Shown one piece after another: positions 14,646-27,468 of a stretch of 64,000 nt of DNA. A program made the translations under genes and the position numbers. Numbering within the stretch: the stretch's first letter is position 1; the number at the start of each line of letters is the position of its first letter. The notes beneath the pieces are model-generated. The model was not told the DNA's origin. It saw nothing but the letters and a program-made list of their open reading frames with translations, and did not search any database. The DNA is from Octopus sinensis (Eukaryota): the NCBI RefSeq assembly GCF_006345805.1, contig NC_043001.1:83080001-83144000 (forward strand), in the 5' to 3' direction.

Positions 14646-15709
14646 ATATACATACAACTAACTTTTATGTTGTCCAACACTGCAATTTTGACCAAAATAT
14701 TTAATCTGTTTTCCACTTCCTTCAGCATTATTATCTGAAAACACTTTCGTTCACTCTCTAAATTTTTACCTTTCATATTTAGAGATTTCAATCATATTTT
14801 TGTGTTTAGTCTTGTCACATTTTTGCCAAGACTATTTCCTTCTTTCTCATAGTTGACTACAATTTTAGCCTTTTCAAATTAAGTACCTTCCCTATATTTT
14901 CACATTATTTCTTCCCCTTTATTTCATTCGAAAGCATACTTCGTATTTATCCAAGAGCAAAATAAAACAGGTGATTAATTCTGTCTTAAGGCAAACTAAA
15001 TCTTCTGCTTTATTCAGCTTCGAATATGCATTCCGTAAATTATTCAATTGTATATAATAGCAAAAACAAAAGAAAATCAGAGGACAAATTGTTTAATACC
15101 TTATTGGAATTTGGATTTACATGGATTAACATGGAGTTCTAAGCACGGGTTAACCGCTATGCTCTCTAATTCGGAATAGTAATTCTTCAATATATTTAAA
15201 TTTCATATTCATTCAATTTCCTTTCAAATATCAATCCGTCCATCCATTTGCATATTTAACCTTCTAAGCTATTACTCATAATTTTAATATGTTTCTTCGT
15301 CTTCAGCTATTATTCCATTTTTGTCTTAATTTTTATATGACCTCAGTATTCTTCTTCTCTCACTAAACCTCCTTTCATAATACTTCACCAGTTCTTCCAT
15401 ATAAATTTCCGTAATATTTTAATTCCGCCAATTATTTCACTAACATAATCTTCGCACGCAACACTTTAAAACATGAAGTCGCATTTCCAATATTTATATT
15501 ATATATACATCAGTAACAATCTGAAGTTATACATTTGCATCTATTATACAATATATATTTTAAAGCATACATATTGAATTCTTTAAAATATTGTTATACC
15601 CAATTCGACTTCGAAAAATGTTTATTTACATAGAAAACATTTTCTTTTAATATTACTTCTTCATAACTGGTCTGGTGCCAAAATCTGAAACCAATATTAC
15701 CTTTTGATA

Positions 15710-16855
15710 AGGCGGCGAGCTGGCGAAATGCTTAGGGGTATTTCGTCTGCTGCTACGTTCTGAGTTCAAATTCCGCCGAGGTCGACTTTGCCTTTCATCC
15801 TCTCGGGGTCGATAAATTAAGTACCAGTTACGCACTGTGGTCGATGTAATCGACTTAATCCTTTTGTCTGTCCTTGTTTGTCCCCTCTATGTTTAGCCCC
15901 TTGTGGGCAATAAAGAAATAAGAAACGTTAGCACGCCGGGCGAAGTGCTTAGCAGTATTTCGTCTGCTGCTACGTTCTGAGTTCAAATTTCGCTGAGGTC
16001 GACTTTGCCTTTCATTCTTTCGGGGTCGATTAAATAATTACCAGTTACGCACTGGGGTCGATATAATCGACTTAATCCGTTTGTCTGTCTTTGTTTGACC
16101 TCTCTGTATTTAGCCCCTTGTGGGTAGTAAAGAAATAGATATTTCGTCTGCCGCTACGTTCTAAGTTCAAATTCCGCTGAGGTCATCTTTGCCTGTCATC
16201 CTTTCGGGGTCGATAAATTAAGTACCAGTTACACACTGGATTCGATGTAATCGACTTAACCCGTTTGTCTGTCCTTGTTTGTCTCCTCTACGTTTAGCAC
16301 CTTGTGGGTAATAAAGAAATAAGAAACGTTAGTACGCTGGGAGAAATGCTTAGCAATATTTCACCTGTCTTTATGTTCTGATTTCAAATTCCGCTGAGGT
16401 TAACTTTGCCGTTCATCCTTTTGGGGTTGATAAATTAAGTACCAGTTGCGCACTGGGGTCGATCTAATCGACTGGCGCCCTCCCCCAAAATTTCGGGCAT
16501 GTGCCTAGAGTAGAAAAGAATATCGTTGGCATGCCGGACAAAATACTTAGCGGCATTTCATCCGTCTTTAGATTCTGAGTTCAAATTCAACCAAGGTCAA
16601 TTTTGACTTTCATCCTTTCTGTGTAGATAAAATAAGTACCAGTTGAGCATGTAATCGATGTAATCGATTCATTCCACCCCAATCTTGCTGACCTTATGAC
16701 AAAATTTTTAATCAGTATTACATCTTGAATGGGCAGCGAGCTAGCAGAATCGTTAGCATGCCAGTCAAAATGCTTAGCGGCATTTCGACCGTCTTTACCT
16801 TCTGAGTTCAGATGTTGCCGGGGTCGACTTTGCCTTTTATCCTTTTGGGAACGAT
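15710..16855 (+). mobile_element. SINE family B tandem array, about 6 units of 180-235 bp
   Basis: TTCTGAGTTCAAATT..GTCGACTTTGCC..GGGGTCGAT recurs about six times head-to-tail. Confidence 0.9.
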
Positions 16856-17229
16856 ATGATCTGTATCTGCTTGTTCGTTCGCCCGTTATACGTTAGTTAG
16901 TAAGTTAGCGAGGAGAAGATGGAGTGAGTGAGAGGTACGGTATGAGTGAGAGAAAGAGAGAGAGAGAGTGAGTGAGAGGGGAGGTTTGAAGAACGAAGAG
17001 AGGAAAAAGTAGAGAAAGGTGATTAATGTTAATACACTAAAGTCAAATGGTCATGTGGTCAGCTGAAGGTAGAGGCGAAGAAGAATATTTTTATAGTGAC
17101 TATCACATATATACGCAAGTACAATTATTTATCGTTTGTTTGCTTATAAAACTGATATCTGTTCACAAGGATTAATTTAGCCTAAACTTTGAATTCACAA
17201 GAAACACGGTTGCAAGCGTGTGTGTGTAC

Positions 17230-17304
<75 letters not shown>

Positions 17305-17308
17305 GTGT

Positions 17309-17603
17309 GTTGATGTTTGCTCCTTCTCAAGCCCATGAGGGCCGGTTTCTCGATTCAATTGGCATATCAATTCTCCACCTGGGCTGGACGCCGGTCCGTC
17401 GCAGGTGAGTTGCTAGATACAGGGGGGAAAGACTGAGAGAAAGTTGTGGCGAAAGAATCAGCAGAAATACGTCATTACCTTCTGCCGGAGCCGCGTGGAG
17501 CTTGGGTGTTTCGCTCATAAACACACATACCTCCCGGTCTGAGATTTGAACCCGCGATCGCTCAACCGAGACTCCGCTGCTCTAAGCACTAGGCCTTGTG
17601 CCT
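17309..17603 (-). mobile_element. tRNA-derived SINE family C, subfamily C2
   Basis: Head GGCCTAGTGCTTAGAGCAGCGG..GGGTTCAAATCTCAGACCGGG; colinear with the copy at 54681-54980. Confidence 0.85.
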
Positions 17604-17612
17604 TCACACACA

Positions 17613-17659
<47 letters not shown>

Positions 17660-17706
17660 GCACACGCGCGCACACGCACACACACATACACATATATATA
17701 TACATA

Positions 17707-17840
17707 CACGGTTTCTATGTGTCAAATCCCCTCAAAAAGCATTGGTCAGGCCGATGCTATGGTGGAAGATATTTGCCCAAGATGCCATGCACAGGGACTG
17801 AACACAAAGGCACATGCTTGCAAAGCGAGCTTCTTAACTA
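17707..17840 (-). mobile_element. SINE family A, diverged 5' part
   Basis: AAGCATTGGTCAGGCCGATGCTATGGTGGAAGATATTTGCCCAAG. Confidence 0.7.
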
Positions 17841-17930
17841 CATAGAGTAGTTAAGTAGTTATGGTAACATGACATATGTTACCTTCTAATCTGGCTTACA
17901 AATGCTAAATTTTTTATATTTATACGTAAT

Positions 17931-18345
17931 AGGCGCAGGAGCGACTGTGTGGTAAGTAGCTTGCTTACCAACCATATTGCTCCAATTTCATTCTCACTGT
18001 GTGGAACCTTGGGCAAGCGTCTTCTTCTATAGCCTCGGGCCGACCAAAGCCTTGTGAGTGGATTTGGGAGACGGAAACTGAAAGAAGCCCGTCGTATATA
18101 TGTATATATATATATATGTGCTTGTGTGTGTATATGTTTGTGTGCCTGTGTTTGTCCCCACAACATTGCATGCCAACCGATGCTGGTGTGTTTACGTCCC
18201 CGTAACTTAGCGGTTCGTCAAAAGAGACCGATAGAATAAGTACTAGGTTTAGAAAGAATAAATCCTGGGGTCGATTTGCTCGACTAAAGGCGGTGCTCCA
18301 GCATAGCCGCAGTCAAATGACTGAAACAAAAGAGAAAGAGAAAAG
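17931..18345 (+). mobile_element. SINE family A, full length
   Basis: Colinear with 12791-13190. Confidence 0.9.
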
Positions 18346-18350
18346 ACTTG

Positions 18351-18955
18351 TTAGTTCCGCTTTAGCGAAGGCAGAGGTATTGGTTTTCAGTCGTATTTGT
18401 TTGTTTGTTTGTTCCTGGACAAGATATCTGGAGAACTGCTGGATGGATTCGGATGAAACTTTCAGAGATGTTTGGCCTTGTGACTGGCACACACTGATTA
18501 GATTTGGGGATCGATCTGTTACCGGACAAGGATTCTGAATTATTTGTTATATTTGCCTTACTTTACATGATTATGATCTTACGTTAACTTTCAAGCCTTT
18601 CTCAATTATCTCCCTTTAGGCTGTAACTATTTTGAATGGCGAATTTGCAAACCTTGGCTGGTATTAGATAAGGATAACCTATTTATTACTGTTTCTAAAT
18701 TTTCTACAGTCATCCTCACATTCCATGACTACCATTGGGATCGATCAGGTACCGGGAAAGGATTCTGGATTATTTTTCTGTTTTCTTTTTTAACTTAAAT
18801 TTTGAGAGCGTTCGAGTTCATTTTTAGTATTCTCGTTTGTGAGAACAGTCGAGTTTATTTCAGATATTCTCATTTTAAAATCCATCTCTGGCTAAGTGTT
18901 GTGGGGACGTTGGTGTTGTCTTGGCGGAGGTTTGCTCTCTTTGAGTGCTCTTGTT
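18351..18955 (+). mobile_element. Non-autonomous Helentron-type element (DINE-1/HINE-like)
   Basis: 5' TTAGTTCCGCTTTAGCGAAGGCAGAGG, (GTTT)n, GGATGGATTCGGATGAAACTTTCAG; 3' subterminal GGCGGAGG followed by short hairpin GCTCTCTTTGAGTGC and TT. Confidence 0.65.
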
Positions 18956-19225
18956 TATTTATATATTTACTAATTTATTTATCGATCTACATTATCTAAT
19001 TGCAATTCCGATATATTTGCCTTCCAGTTATACACTACTTAATGTTTCTTTCCCGTTACATTCATAAGGTAATTATGCCAATAATATTATTATATATAGT
19101 CAATTAGTTAATACTTAATCCATTGGCTAATCGCTTGTTTGGTCAGTCGCTCGGTCAATCAATCAATCGATCAATGAATGAATGAATCAATCATTTTAAT
19201 CAATCAGCTGAGGTTGTCAAAGTCC

Positions 19226-19320
19226 TTACACGAGCTCGATTTCTTTTATTTAGGCACATGGCTTTATAAAGAGGGGACACCACAAGGACAGACAAAACAA
19301 TACATTGGGGGTACATATAA
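19226..19320 (-). mobile_element. LINE-like 3' tail fragment, homologous to the linker in SINE B multimers
   Basis: TTTCTTTTATT..CACA.GG..AGAGGGGACA..CAAGGACAGACAAA matches the reverse complement of the B linker. Confidence 0.5.
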
Positions 19321-20429
19321 ATACGTGTCGGATGAATTACGAATGATTAAAATGAAGATGAATTGGCTTACTCGCCCCCCAAAGCAAGCAGGTCCATTTT
19401 ACTGTTTTCAAAATAGTTTTACTTTACAGTCTTTTATTTTTTTTAACTCAACGAATACTTTACAATATCATAAAAAATTACAACAGGCGGCAGCTCGTCG
19501 TATTTAAACTGCAGTGGTGATACTTCAACTCTTTATTTTTTTCCAAACAGTTGTACTAATTTCTCCCCTATTCTCTCTCCAATAGCATGCCCTTCTTACC
19601 TTCATGGTTTGCCAAGTTTACTCTGATAACATTTTTCATCAATGTTACCCTCTTTTTGATTTCAACACTTGTTTCGTACTCTTTGCTTTAGGTCTGCCAG
19701 TCTGTCTGTCTGGTTGCCTACCTGTCTGTTTGTCTGTATGCTTGTCTGTCCGTCAGTCTCTCTGTCGGTTTCTTAGTTTACAAATTCTATATTTATATTA
19801 ATATTTAAACGTGAATACGAGGGAATGTGAGAGAGAAGGAAAGAGAGAAAGAGAGAGAATGTGTGTGTATGTGAATGTGAGTGCGTGTGTGCGCACCCTG
19901 GTTTGTGTCTGTGTGTATGATTGTCTGCATACGCTGGTGTGCATGTGAATGTGTGCATATGAATGTGTGTGTATGTGTGTTTGCGTATGAAACAAAGCGA
20001 GAGAGAGAGTGTGTATGTGTGTGCGCGTATATTGACTTTATCAATTACTACTCGGCTTCCAAGATAGTTTTAAAGTATTCTCCTTCAACTATACACACTT
20101 CTTTCAACCACTTCCATTAAAATTTTCCACTCGAGTCCTTCTTGAATACTCCACACTAACAGCGAGGTATTTTCCAAACCCATCACACCTGAATCTTATA
20201 CAAACCCTTTTAAAGAATTTTAGTTTTCACACATCACAATGCACTGATATCATGTTCAAATTAAAAGAAGAATTTCTCTGTATCTTTTATTTCTTTCACA
20301 TATGTTCCACCACCTTTTCTCTTTATCTCTCTTATATACTGCCGATTATATTCTGATGAATTCATTCATTCAAACATATATATGTGTATGTGTCTGTGTG
20401 TAATTACGTTTGCTAATGTACGTTTTTCT

Positions 20430-21496
20430 TACGTCAACTTATATATAAAAACAGTTTTATGTTAACTGAAAGATTACTCAATACTTTTAAGACGGGTACA
20501 TATCTATTTTGCAAATAGAGGAAATTTATCTATACAATATGTTACATTACTCGGTAGTCAAGATAAAACTCTGAGTTTCAGATGCCGAAGTGGAAATCCA
20601 CAACACCATCTCTTCGGTTATCTGGCTATTTGAAAACGTTATGAAAAAATACCGTTAAATAAAGGGAAATTACTCTGTTATAACTCTGCTTGCCTGCGTA
20701 CTTATACATCGCTCGCATTTTTCGTCATAAAAATTATATAAAAATACATAAAAAATATATAAATTCTTCTTGGGACATAACATAGAAAGCACGTTCTATC
20801 TGTTTTCTTTAGGGGACCAAAAACGTAACAGAAACTTAGTCACATGTGGGCATGATCCGAAAAGCTCTGTCCTTGTATTTAGACATGTAGTAGGGTCTAA
20901 GCTGCTTTTCCAGATAAGCCATCTCTCCACGTCGCATAGACCGCACCTTCCGCTGCCGTTAGTATAGGGCTTACATCTGGCCAAAATCTTCCATTGTATG
21001 TTATAATCGACACCTTTATCTCTTAAAGACCAAATATGATTAGACAATTGTGTCGCTTTTCTTTTGTTCCAGTGCCTAAAGCTCAAAGTGTGGTTATTGA
21101 ACCTGGCCTTGAAATTACCCTCTGTAAGGCCCACGTATTTCTTCGTCGAAACGGTGTCTTTAGTGGTTATAGAGTTTACGGTAGCTTCATATATGATGGT
21201 CTTGGACATGCAAGCTCCATTTAGCGGGCACAATTCTTTATTCCTGCATGAACAGCTGTTTTCTTCTTGTGTTTTTTGTATGTTATATTTGATTATGTTT
21301 TAAAATTGGTAGTTGAACTAAAACTAATTTTTAAATTGTGTCTATTGAAGAGTTTCCTATAAGTATGGTTAACTGGAAAATGTCTATCTATCAGTGCTAG
21401 GAAATATTTACCTATATTGAAGGCCACCTCGGGTGAGTAAGGGGGCGTAAACCAGATGACCTTCCTATTTCAATTATTCCTTTTCTTTACTGTTGT
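20430..21496 (-). mobile_element. 5'-truncated Penelope-like retroelement: linker, GIY-YIG endonuclease and 3' region (probably Naiad-type)
   Basis: RKVIWFTPPYS..NIGKYFLALIDRHFP..LFNRHNLKISFS, then CSCRNKELCPLNGAC..IIYEATV..KYVGLTE..FKARFNNHTLSF..CGLCDVER..LNTRTEL..CPH. Clade assignment is from motif recall. Confidence 0.9.
20561..20623 (-). ncRNA. Decayed type I hammerhead ribozyme in the PLE 3' region
   Basis: Stem I AGAUAA/UUAUCU; core CCGAAGA (U4C); stem II GAUG..GUGGA-UU-UCCAC..CAUC; extra U before GAAA; short stem III; GUU triplet. Confidence 0.5.
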
Positions 21497-21958
21497 GCTG
21501 TTCATGCAGGAATAAAGAATTGTGCCCGCTAAATGGAGCTTGCATGTCCAAGACCATCATATATGAAGCTACCGTAAACTCTATAACCACTAAAGACACC
21601 GTTTCGACGAAGAAATACGTGGGCCTTACAGAGGGTAATTTCAAGGCCAGGTTCAATAACCACACTTTGAGCTTTAGGCACTGGAACAAAAGAAAAGCGA
21701 CACAATTGTCTAATCATATTTGGTCTTTAAGAGATAAAGGTGTCGATTATAACATACAATGGAAGATTTTGGCCAGATGTAAGCCCTATACTAACGGCAG
21801 CGGAAGGTGCGGTCTATGCGACGTGGAGAGATGGCTTATCTATTTTTTATGTATTTTTATATAATTTTTATGACGAAAAATGCGAGCGATGTATAAGTAC
21901 GCAGGCAAGCAGAGTTATAACAGAGTAATTTCCCTTTATTTAACGGTATTTTTTCATA
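21497..21958 (+). mobile_element. Inverted fold-back duplicate of the same PLE with a ~155-bp internal deletion
   Basis: Reverse complement of 20640-21256 except that ~20757-20911 is missing; arms otherwise appear identical. Confidence 0.9.
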
Positions 21959-22011
21959 TATATATATATATTATATATATATATATATATATAATATTAT
22001 ATATATATATA

Positions 22012-22178
22012 TACGACGGACTTCTTTCAATTTCCGTCTACCAAATCCACTCACAAGGCTTTGGTCGGCCCGAGGCTGTAGTAGAAGACACTTGCCCTAA
22101 GTGCCACGCAGTGGGTCTGAACCCGGAACCATGTGGTTGGTAAGCAAGCTACTTACCACACAGCCACTCCTGCGCCTA
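22012..22178 (-). mobile_element. SINE family A, 5' half
   Basis: Near-consensus head ending at the internal microsatellite. Confidence 0.85.
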
Positions 22179-22184
22179 TGTCTA

Positions 22185-23219
22185 CACAATTCATTTTCTC
22201 CCGTCCAAATGATTTTACAGACTGCGGAATAAATGATAATCAGATGGGGTTATGTCCGGCGAATATGGTGGGTGGGTCATCGTTTCTTATTCAGCTGCTC
22301 TGACCTTTGGAATGTCATCCTCGCTGTATGTGGTCGAGCATCATATTGATAGAAGAACACCTTTCGTCTTGAAACCAAAGATGATCGTTTTTCTTCTAGC
22401 GTTGACTTAAGCCGCTCATGTTTTTCCCAGTAGATATATGTTATCGTTTGCTTTGGGTTTAATAGTTCAAAGTGGACTAACATTTCACATCCCATCAAAC
22501 AGATAACATCAATTTACGTGAGTGAAGACCTTCTTTAGCCTGGAGTACCAGTGCTTCTGCTTTCCTTACCTGCCGGTGTTTCTCCTCTCCTGACATTTTT
22601 ATAGAGAACCCATTTCTCATCACCAGTTACTATTCAGTCCAAAAATGGTTCATTCATGAGACGTGACTGCGAAGAACACACATTCACTCTCTGCGCGCAA
22701 TTAGACTCGGAAAGTTTGTGAGGAACCCGTTAACCCAATTTGCTGACGTTTCCGATGGCACGCAGGTATCAACGAATGGTTTAATGACCAAACCCAAGTT
22801 TCTCTGCTAGTTCCTCAACAGTTACGATGGGATTTAGTTCCACCAAAGTTTGCAGGATATCCTTGTCGAGCTCTCCAGATCTTCCAGGTTGAGGATCGTC
22901 TTCTTGGACGTAGTTTCAGGCATGGAATTACTGGAACCACCATTGACACTGGCATACGCTTATTGTCTGACCCCATTATACTGCATTCCGTTGCGTTGTT
23001 GACTTTACTGAACTAATAAAGCAAAATATGCCGAATATGCTTGATTCACTTCCATTATAGCTTTGAGAAAATAACTGTTGAAATCGAATTTGCACTAGGG
23101 ATAACGACAAGGTAAAATTACTACCTGCTTTTATAGCAAGTTGATACAGGTAGTTTATTCCGTTGACCTCCGAAACAAATTGAAAAAAACCCCGCATTAT
23201 TTATGAGATGACTCAATAT
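22185..23219 (-). mobile_element. Degraded mariner (DD34D) DNA transposon
   Basis: RVPHKLSE, IVTGDEKWVLY, LHSRKLMLSV*WD, YDARPHTA, HPPYSPDITPSDYHLFRSL; TIR-like TATTGAGTCATCTCATAAATAATGCGGG at ~23185-23219. Confidence 0.9.
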
Positions 23220-23489
23220 ATATATACATATAACAAATAGTGGGGAATTATCAATCCGGACAAAGGTCTCTGTTGGCACATCAGGCTAACAATATGACTT
23301 AGATTACAGAAGAACTCCAGTAACCTTTTAGTAGGGTCCCAAGTTATGTAAATCCTTGAATGGGCTTCAGCTAAATTGTTTTTCACAGAGTGATATAATG
23401 ACTACTGGAAACAGCTGTAAGCCAAATTTGTTGTAATAAAGGAAGTATATGTAATGATCATTATTTTAACTTGTTTCATAAATATACGT

Positions 23490-23665
23490 AAATACATATG
23501 ACTCGGAGGTGCTCCGCGAACCGGTTAGCCAAGTGGCAACCCGTTTGACGAATGTGCAGGGAAGGGCAGAAAAAGCAGATGCAGTAAATGACATTACTAG
23601 AAGTGCATGTAAAGGAGTCGGTGATGTGATATGGACGATGATTGGTGCCTATGAGGATGTGTTGG
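23490..23665 (-). mobile_element. Neptune-type PLE GIY-YIG fragment
   Basis: YHITDSFTCTSSNVIYCIC..CPSLHIRQTG..LANRFAEHLR. Confidence 0.75.
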
Positions 23666-23715
23666 AGAGGTAGAGGCAATATATATATATATATTTATAT
23701 ATATATATATATATA

Positions 23716-23780
<65 letters not shown>

Positions 23781-23804
23781 CGTATATTGTGTGACTGTGC
23801 GTGC

Positions 23805-23841
<37 letters not shown>

Positions 23842-24030
23842 AGGAAATAAGACAATAAGACAAAGTAGAAAATGCCAAAATAATCTTATCATTTTAGTAC
23901 CGGTTTCAGCCTTTTCGACTTTTTCAACTTAGAGTAAAACGAGAAAAACAATTATATTGAAGAAAAATTAAACGAAATGTTGTTTTAAAACATTTCCATA
24001 GTCTTCAAATATGTAGGACATTTTCCTTTT

Positions 24031-24082
<52 letters not shown>

Positions 24083-24099
24083 ACTCTCTCTCTCTCTTT

Positions 24100-25555
24100 T
24101 ACTTTTGTGAAAGCTCGGTAGGTAGTCGCAGATCTGAAGAAATGGTTGAAATGGGCGCAGAGAAATGTTGGTTCTAGATTTTGATTGTTTAAGCAGCAAC
24201 AGTTGAGGAAGGAGACGATGAAAAAGAAGAGGAAGAAAAAGAAGGAGTAGGAAAAGAAGAGAGAGAAGAAAGAAAAGAAAAATACGGAAGTAGTATGACA
24301 GTAGTATACTGTTTGTGGAATCTTCTTTAATAGTCAAGTGACCTAAAAGTGACATGATGTGGTTTTAGCAGTAGCGATAGGAATTGTTCTAAATGAATTA
24401 GTAGAGGCTGTTCTGAATATATGGTTTTTAATATTTGTGTGGGCATTATTCTAAGATCCTTGCAGTAGTGTCATCTGTGGTGGAAGCATTCATAAAGGCC
24501 TTATATTCTGCAATAAAATGTGATTCTTTGCTAATGCGCTGATTATAGTTTGCATTGTCTCTGAATTTATAGAGGGGAAACATTCTGAAGTTGGATAGTT
24601 TATTAGTGGCGCAAATGTCGATGTGTTCGCTTAATGCTGTTTTTCTGTATTCCTGAATTTTAAACTAGGACCTATGTAGCGTCATCCCCGAGCGTAGACT
24701 GTTTTTGGTTTGACCTATGTAATGCTCTCGATGCCCTGAGAAAGTTAACACATATATTAGGTTTTCCGACTCATATGTGAAGTTGTTTTTCACTGTAAAA
24801 CGTTGACCCTATTTGAAGGAGAACTCCGATTCCTCAATTAGATTCATGCATATACCACAGTTGGGTCTTCTGCATTTTTTACTAACGGTTTCAATGTCGT
24901 TGACGAGTGTACGTGTGCTTGTATTAGAAGACTTTTCATTGACTTGGGTTGTCTTTTGCTCTTTATGATGGTGTGCGCTTGGAGGATGATTCATTCGGTG
25001 GTCCCTTTTTAGTAAAGGAATGTTCTGGAGCATGGTGTCGAAGGCTTCATTATATAGGGGGTTGTGTGTGGATATGCATATTCGGTTGTAAATCCTTCTT
25101 TAGTTTGAGAAGTCTGAGTTCGTGGATGTTGTAGGGCACGTGGATGTTGTAGGGTACATTGAGAACCTATATCAATTAGTGATGTTGGGTAGTTACTGAT
25201 GATGAGTGTATCCTTTAGCTCATGCAGCCGTGTGTCCCTGGTACTTGCATCAGATACTATAGTACAAATCCTTTTTGCCGGGTTGAAAGGGATATTAATT
25301 CTAGTGTGTCTGGGGTGGCACGAGTCGAATGGTAGATATTGCTTGGAGTCCGTGGGCTTATAGTAGATGACTGTTTCTATTTGGCTGTTGGATTTCTTTA
25401 TGAGGATGTCGAGGAATGGAAGTTATTAATGGCTACATTCCATCGTAAACTGAATGTTTATGTCAAGTCCATTTAGAAGTGCTTGAAATACTTTAAGTCT
25501 CTCTATACTATCATGCCAAAAATGAACCAGCTATCTAGATACCTCTTCCAGTTAT
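24100..25555 (-). mobile_element. 5'-truncated Neptune-type PLE (RT C-terminus, Cys linker, GIY-YIG), inactive
   Basis: WKRYLDS (YLDD mutated), LPFLDILI, IYYKPTDSKQYL..SCHPRHT, KCRRPNCGIC, YIGQTKNSLR, SEHIDICA; stop at ~24447. Confidence 0.9.
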
Positions 25556-25989
25556 ATTCTATGTAGGTAAATAGAGTAATACAACTGACATATTAAAAAA
25601 TTATTTACATAATACAATATAATTATACGATAAAAAGATGTAATATAATATAAGATATAATATAATGTAATATAATATAATATAATATAATAATATAACA
25701 AATAGGTAATACAAACATATATCCTACAATTTGCTACGGCTCATATCCACTAGTGAATTTATAAAAATTCACATTTATTTACGTTATGATATATTATATT
25801 ATAATGTAAATACATTTTTTATATTTCAATTGTATTTCTCTATTTCATTTAATATTTATATGTTAAAATTATACCATTTTAATTTCCGATCTTTTGACTA
25901 CTATACTGTGGTATCTGACTGAAGAACCAGTAAATATTAAATGTTTTACATCCCTAAGAAGGAAATGATTAATTTTTCCTTGGATTGAT

Positions 25990-26021
<32 letters not shown>

Positions 26022-26214
26022 CATACACACACACACGCACACACATATATGATTAAAAGCTTTTAAAAAAATTATTTGATACAGTCACTATAATTAAAGA
26101 AAGCTATAGGCGCAGGTGTGACTCTTGAGTGATGAACCATTGATGAAATCGTGGTGACTAGGTTGCATAATTACATACAGAGCAATGTGCAGTTGCTGCA
26201 GTAGAAACATATAT

Positions 26215-26450
26215 AAGGCGGCGAGCTGGCAGAATCGTTGGCACACCGGGCGAAATGCTTAGCGGTATTTCGTCTACCGTTACGTTCTGAGTTCTAATTC
26301 CGCCGAGGTCGACTTTGCCTTTCATCCTTTCGGAGTCGATAAATTAAGTACCAGTTACGCACTGGGGTCGATGTAATCAACTTATTCCATTTGTCTCTCC
26401 CTTTTTGCCCTCCCTGTGTGTAGCCCCTTGTGGGCAGTAAAGAAGTAAGA
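26215..26450 (+). mobile_element. SINE family B with LINE-like linker tail
   Basis: Near-consensus head and body. Confidence 0.9.
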
Positions 26451-26624
26451 AACAAATATAGGCCCGAGTAATATGTGCTGTAGAAAACTTTAAAAAAAAA
26501 ATGTTTTGGATGTGAATTAATCTCCACATTCCTTTTGGTTATCAATTTATGTGTGTGTGTGTGTGTGTGTGTGCGTGTGCGAGTGTGTGTGTTTTCTGTG
26601 TATGCGTGTGTGTGTGTATGTCTG

Positions 26625-26800
26625 TGTCTTTGTGTCTGTGTTTGTCCCCACTCTCGCTTGACAACGCTAGAATAAGTACCAGCCTGTAAAGGAAAAAAAA
26701 AGAAAAAAAAAATCCTGCGATCAATTGATTAGACTGAAAAATTTTTGAAAGGCGGTGCCCCAGTATGGCCGCAGTCTAATGGCTAAAACAAGTAAAAGAC
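26625..26800 (+). mobile_element. SINE family A, 3' half
   Basis: GTTTGTCCCC..CGCTTGACAAC..GGCGGTGCCCCAGTATGGCCGCAGTC. Confidence 0.75.
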
Positions 26801-27409
26801 AAATGAAATACTTAAAAAGAGAACTCCCATTAATTACCAAAATATCTCCAACCGTTGCGGAAGATGTTCGCGGATAGCGTGCATTTCGTGTGTAAGCGCT
26901 TTCGTTCTTCTACTTTTCAAACACGTGTTTGCGTATAGAGTAAGTTGTTTTTAGTAACGGTGTTGAATATTTTCGGTTTAGTTTCGGGTTTAGAATTCAT
27001 ATAAAGTATTCTACTTTAGTTTTTCGTAGCAGATCATTTTCAACAGTGGTGAGTGGAAAAGATAACATTTCGGACAGAGGTTTTCTTCAACAAAATGTCG
27101 ACTGTAAACATACCAATGAGAGACAGTAGAGTTTTACATGCTCCAAGATTTTAAAAAGCAACAGAAAAGACCCCCCTCCCCCCAAAAAACGGTTGTCTTT
27201 CATTTTCGGAGAATTGCCTTGCAGCTTTTCTTCTGGCTTCTTACGTTCAAAGTTCTAAGCATGCTGAATTCAGCTTTAGCTTTCATAATTCCGGGGCCGA
27301 TAAAATAAAGTATCAGCCAAGCACTGGTGTTCGATGTAACCAACTAACACATTCTCCCTAAAATTACTGGCCTTCTTTGAAACCATTATAACCTTGTGGC
27401 AAATAAACG

Positions 27410-27441
<32 letters not shown>

Positions 27442-27468
27442 TCATCATCATCATCATCATTACTATTA

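Noticed and set aside
15710-16855. CRISPR-like repeat-spacer appearance of the tandem units
   Set aside because: Eukaryotic context; units are 180-235-bp SINE bodies without unique spacers; no cas genes.
23880-23945. Minus-strand GAAACCGGTA with a possible stem I, downstream of the Neptune PLE
   Set aside because: Typical PLE hammerhead 3' half, but no recognisable CUGANGA core; too degenerate to call.
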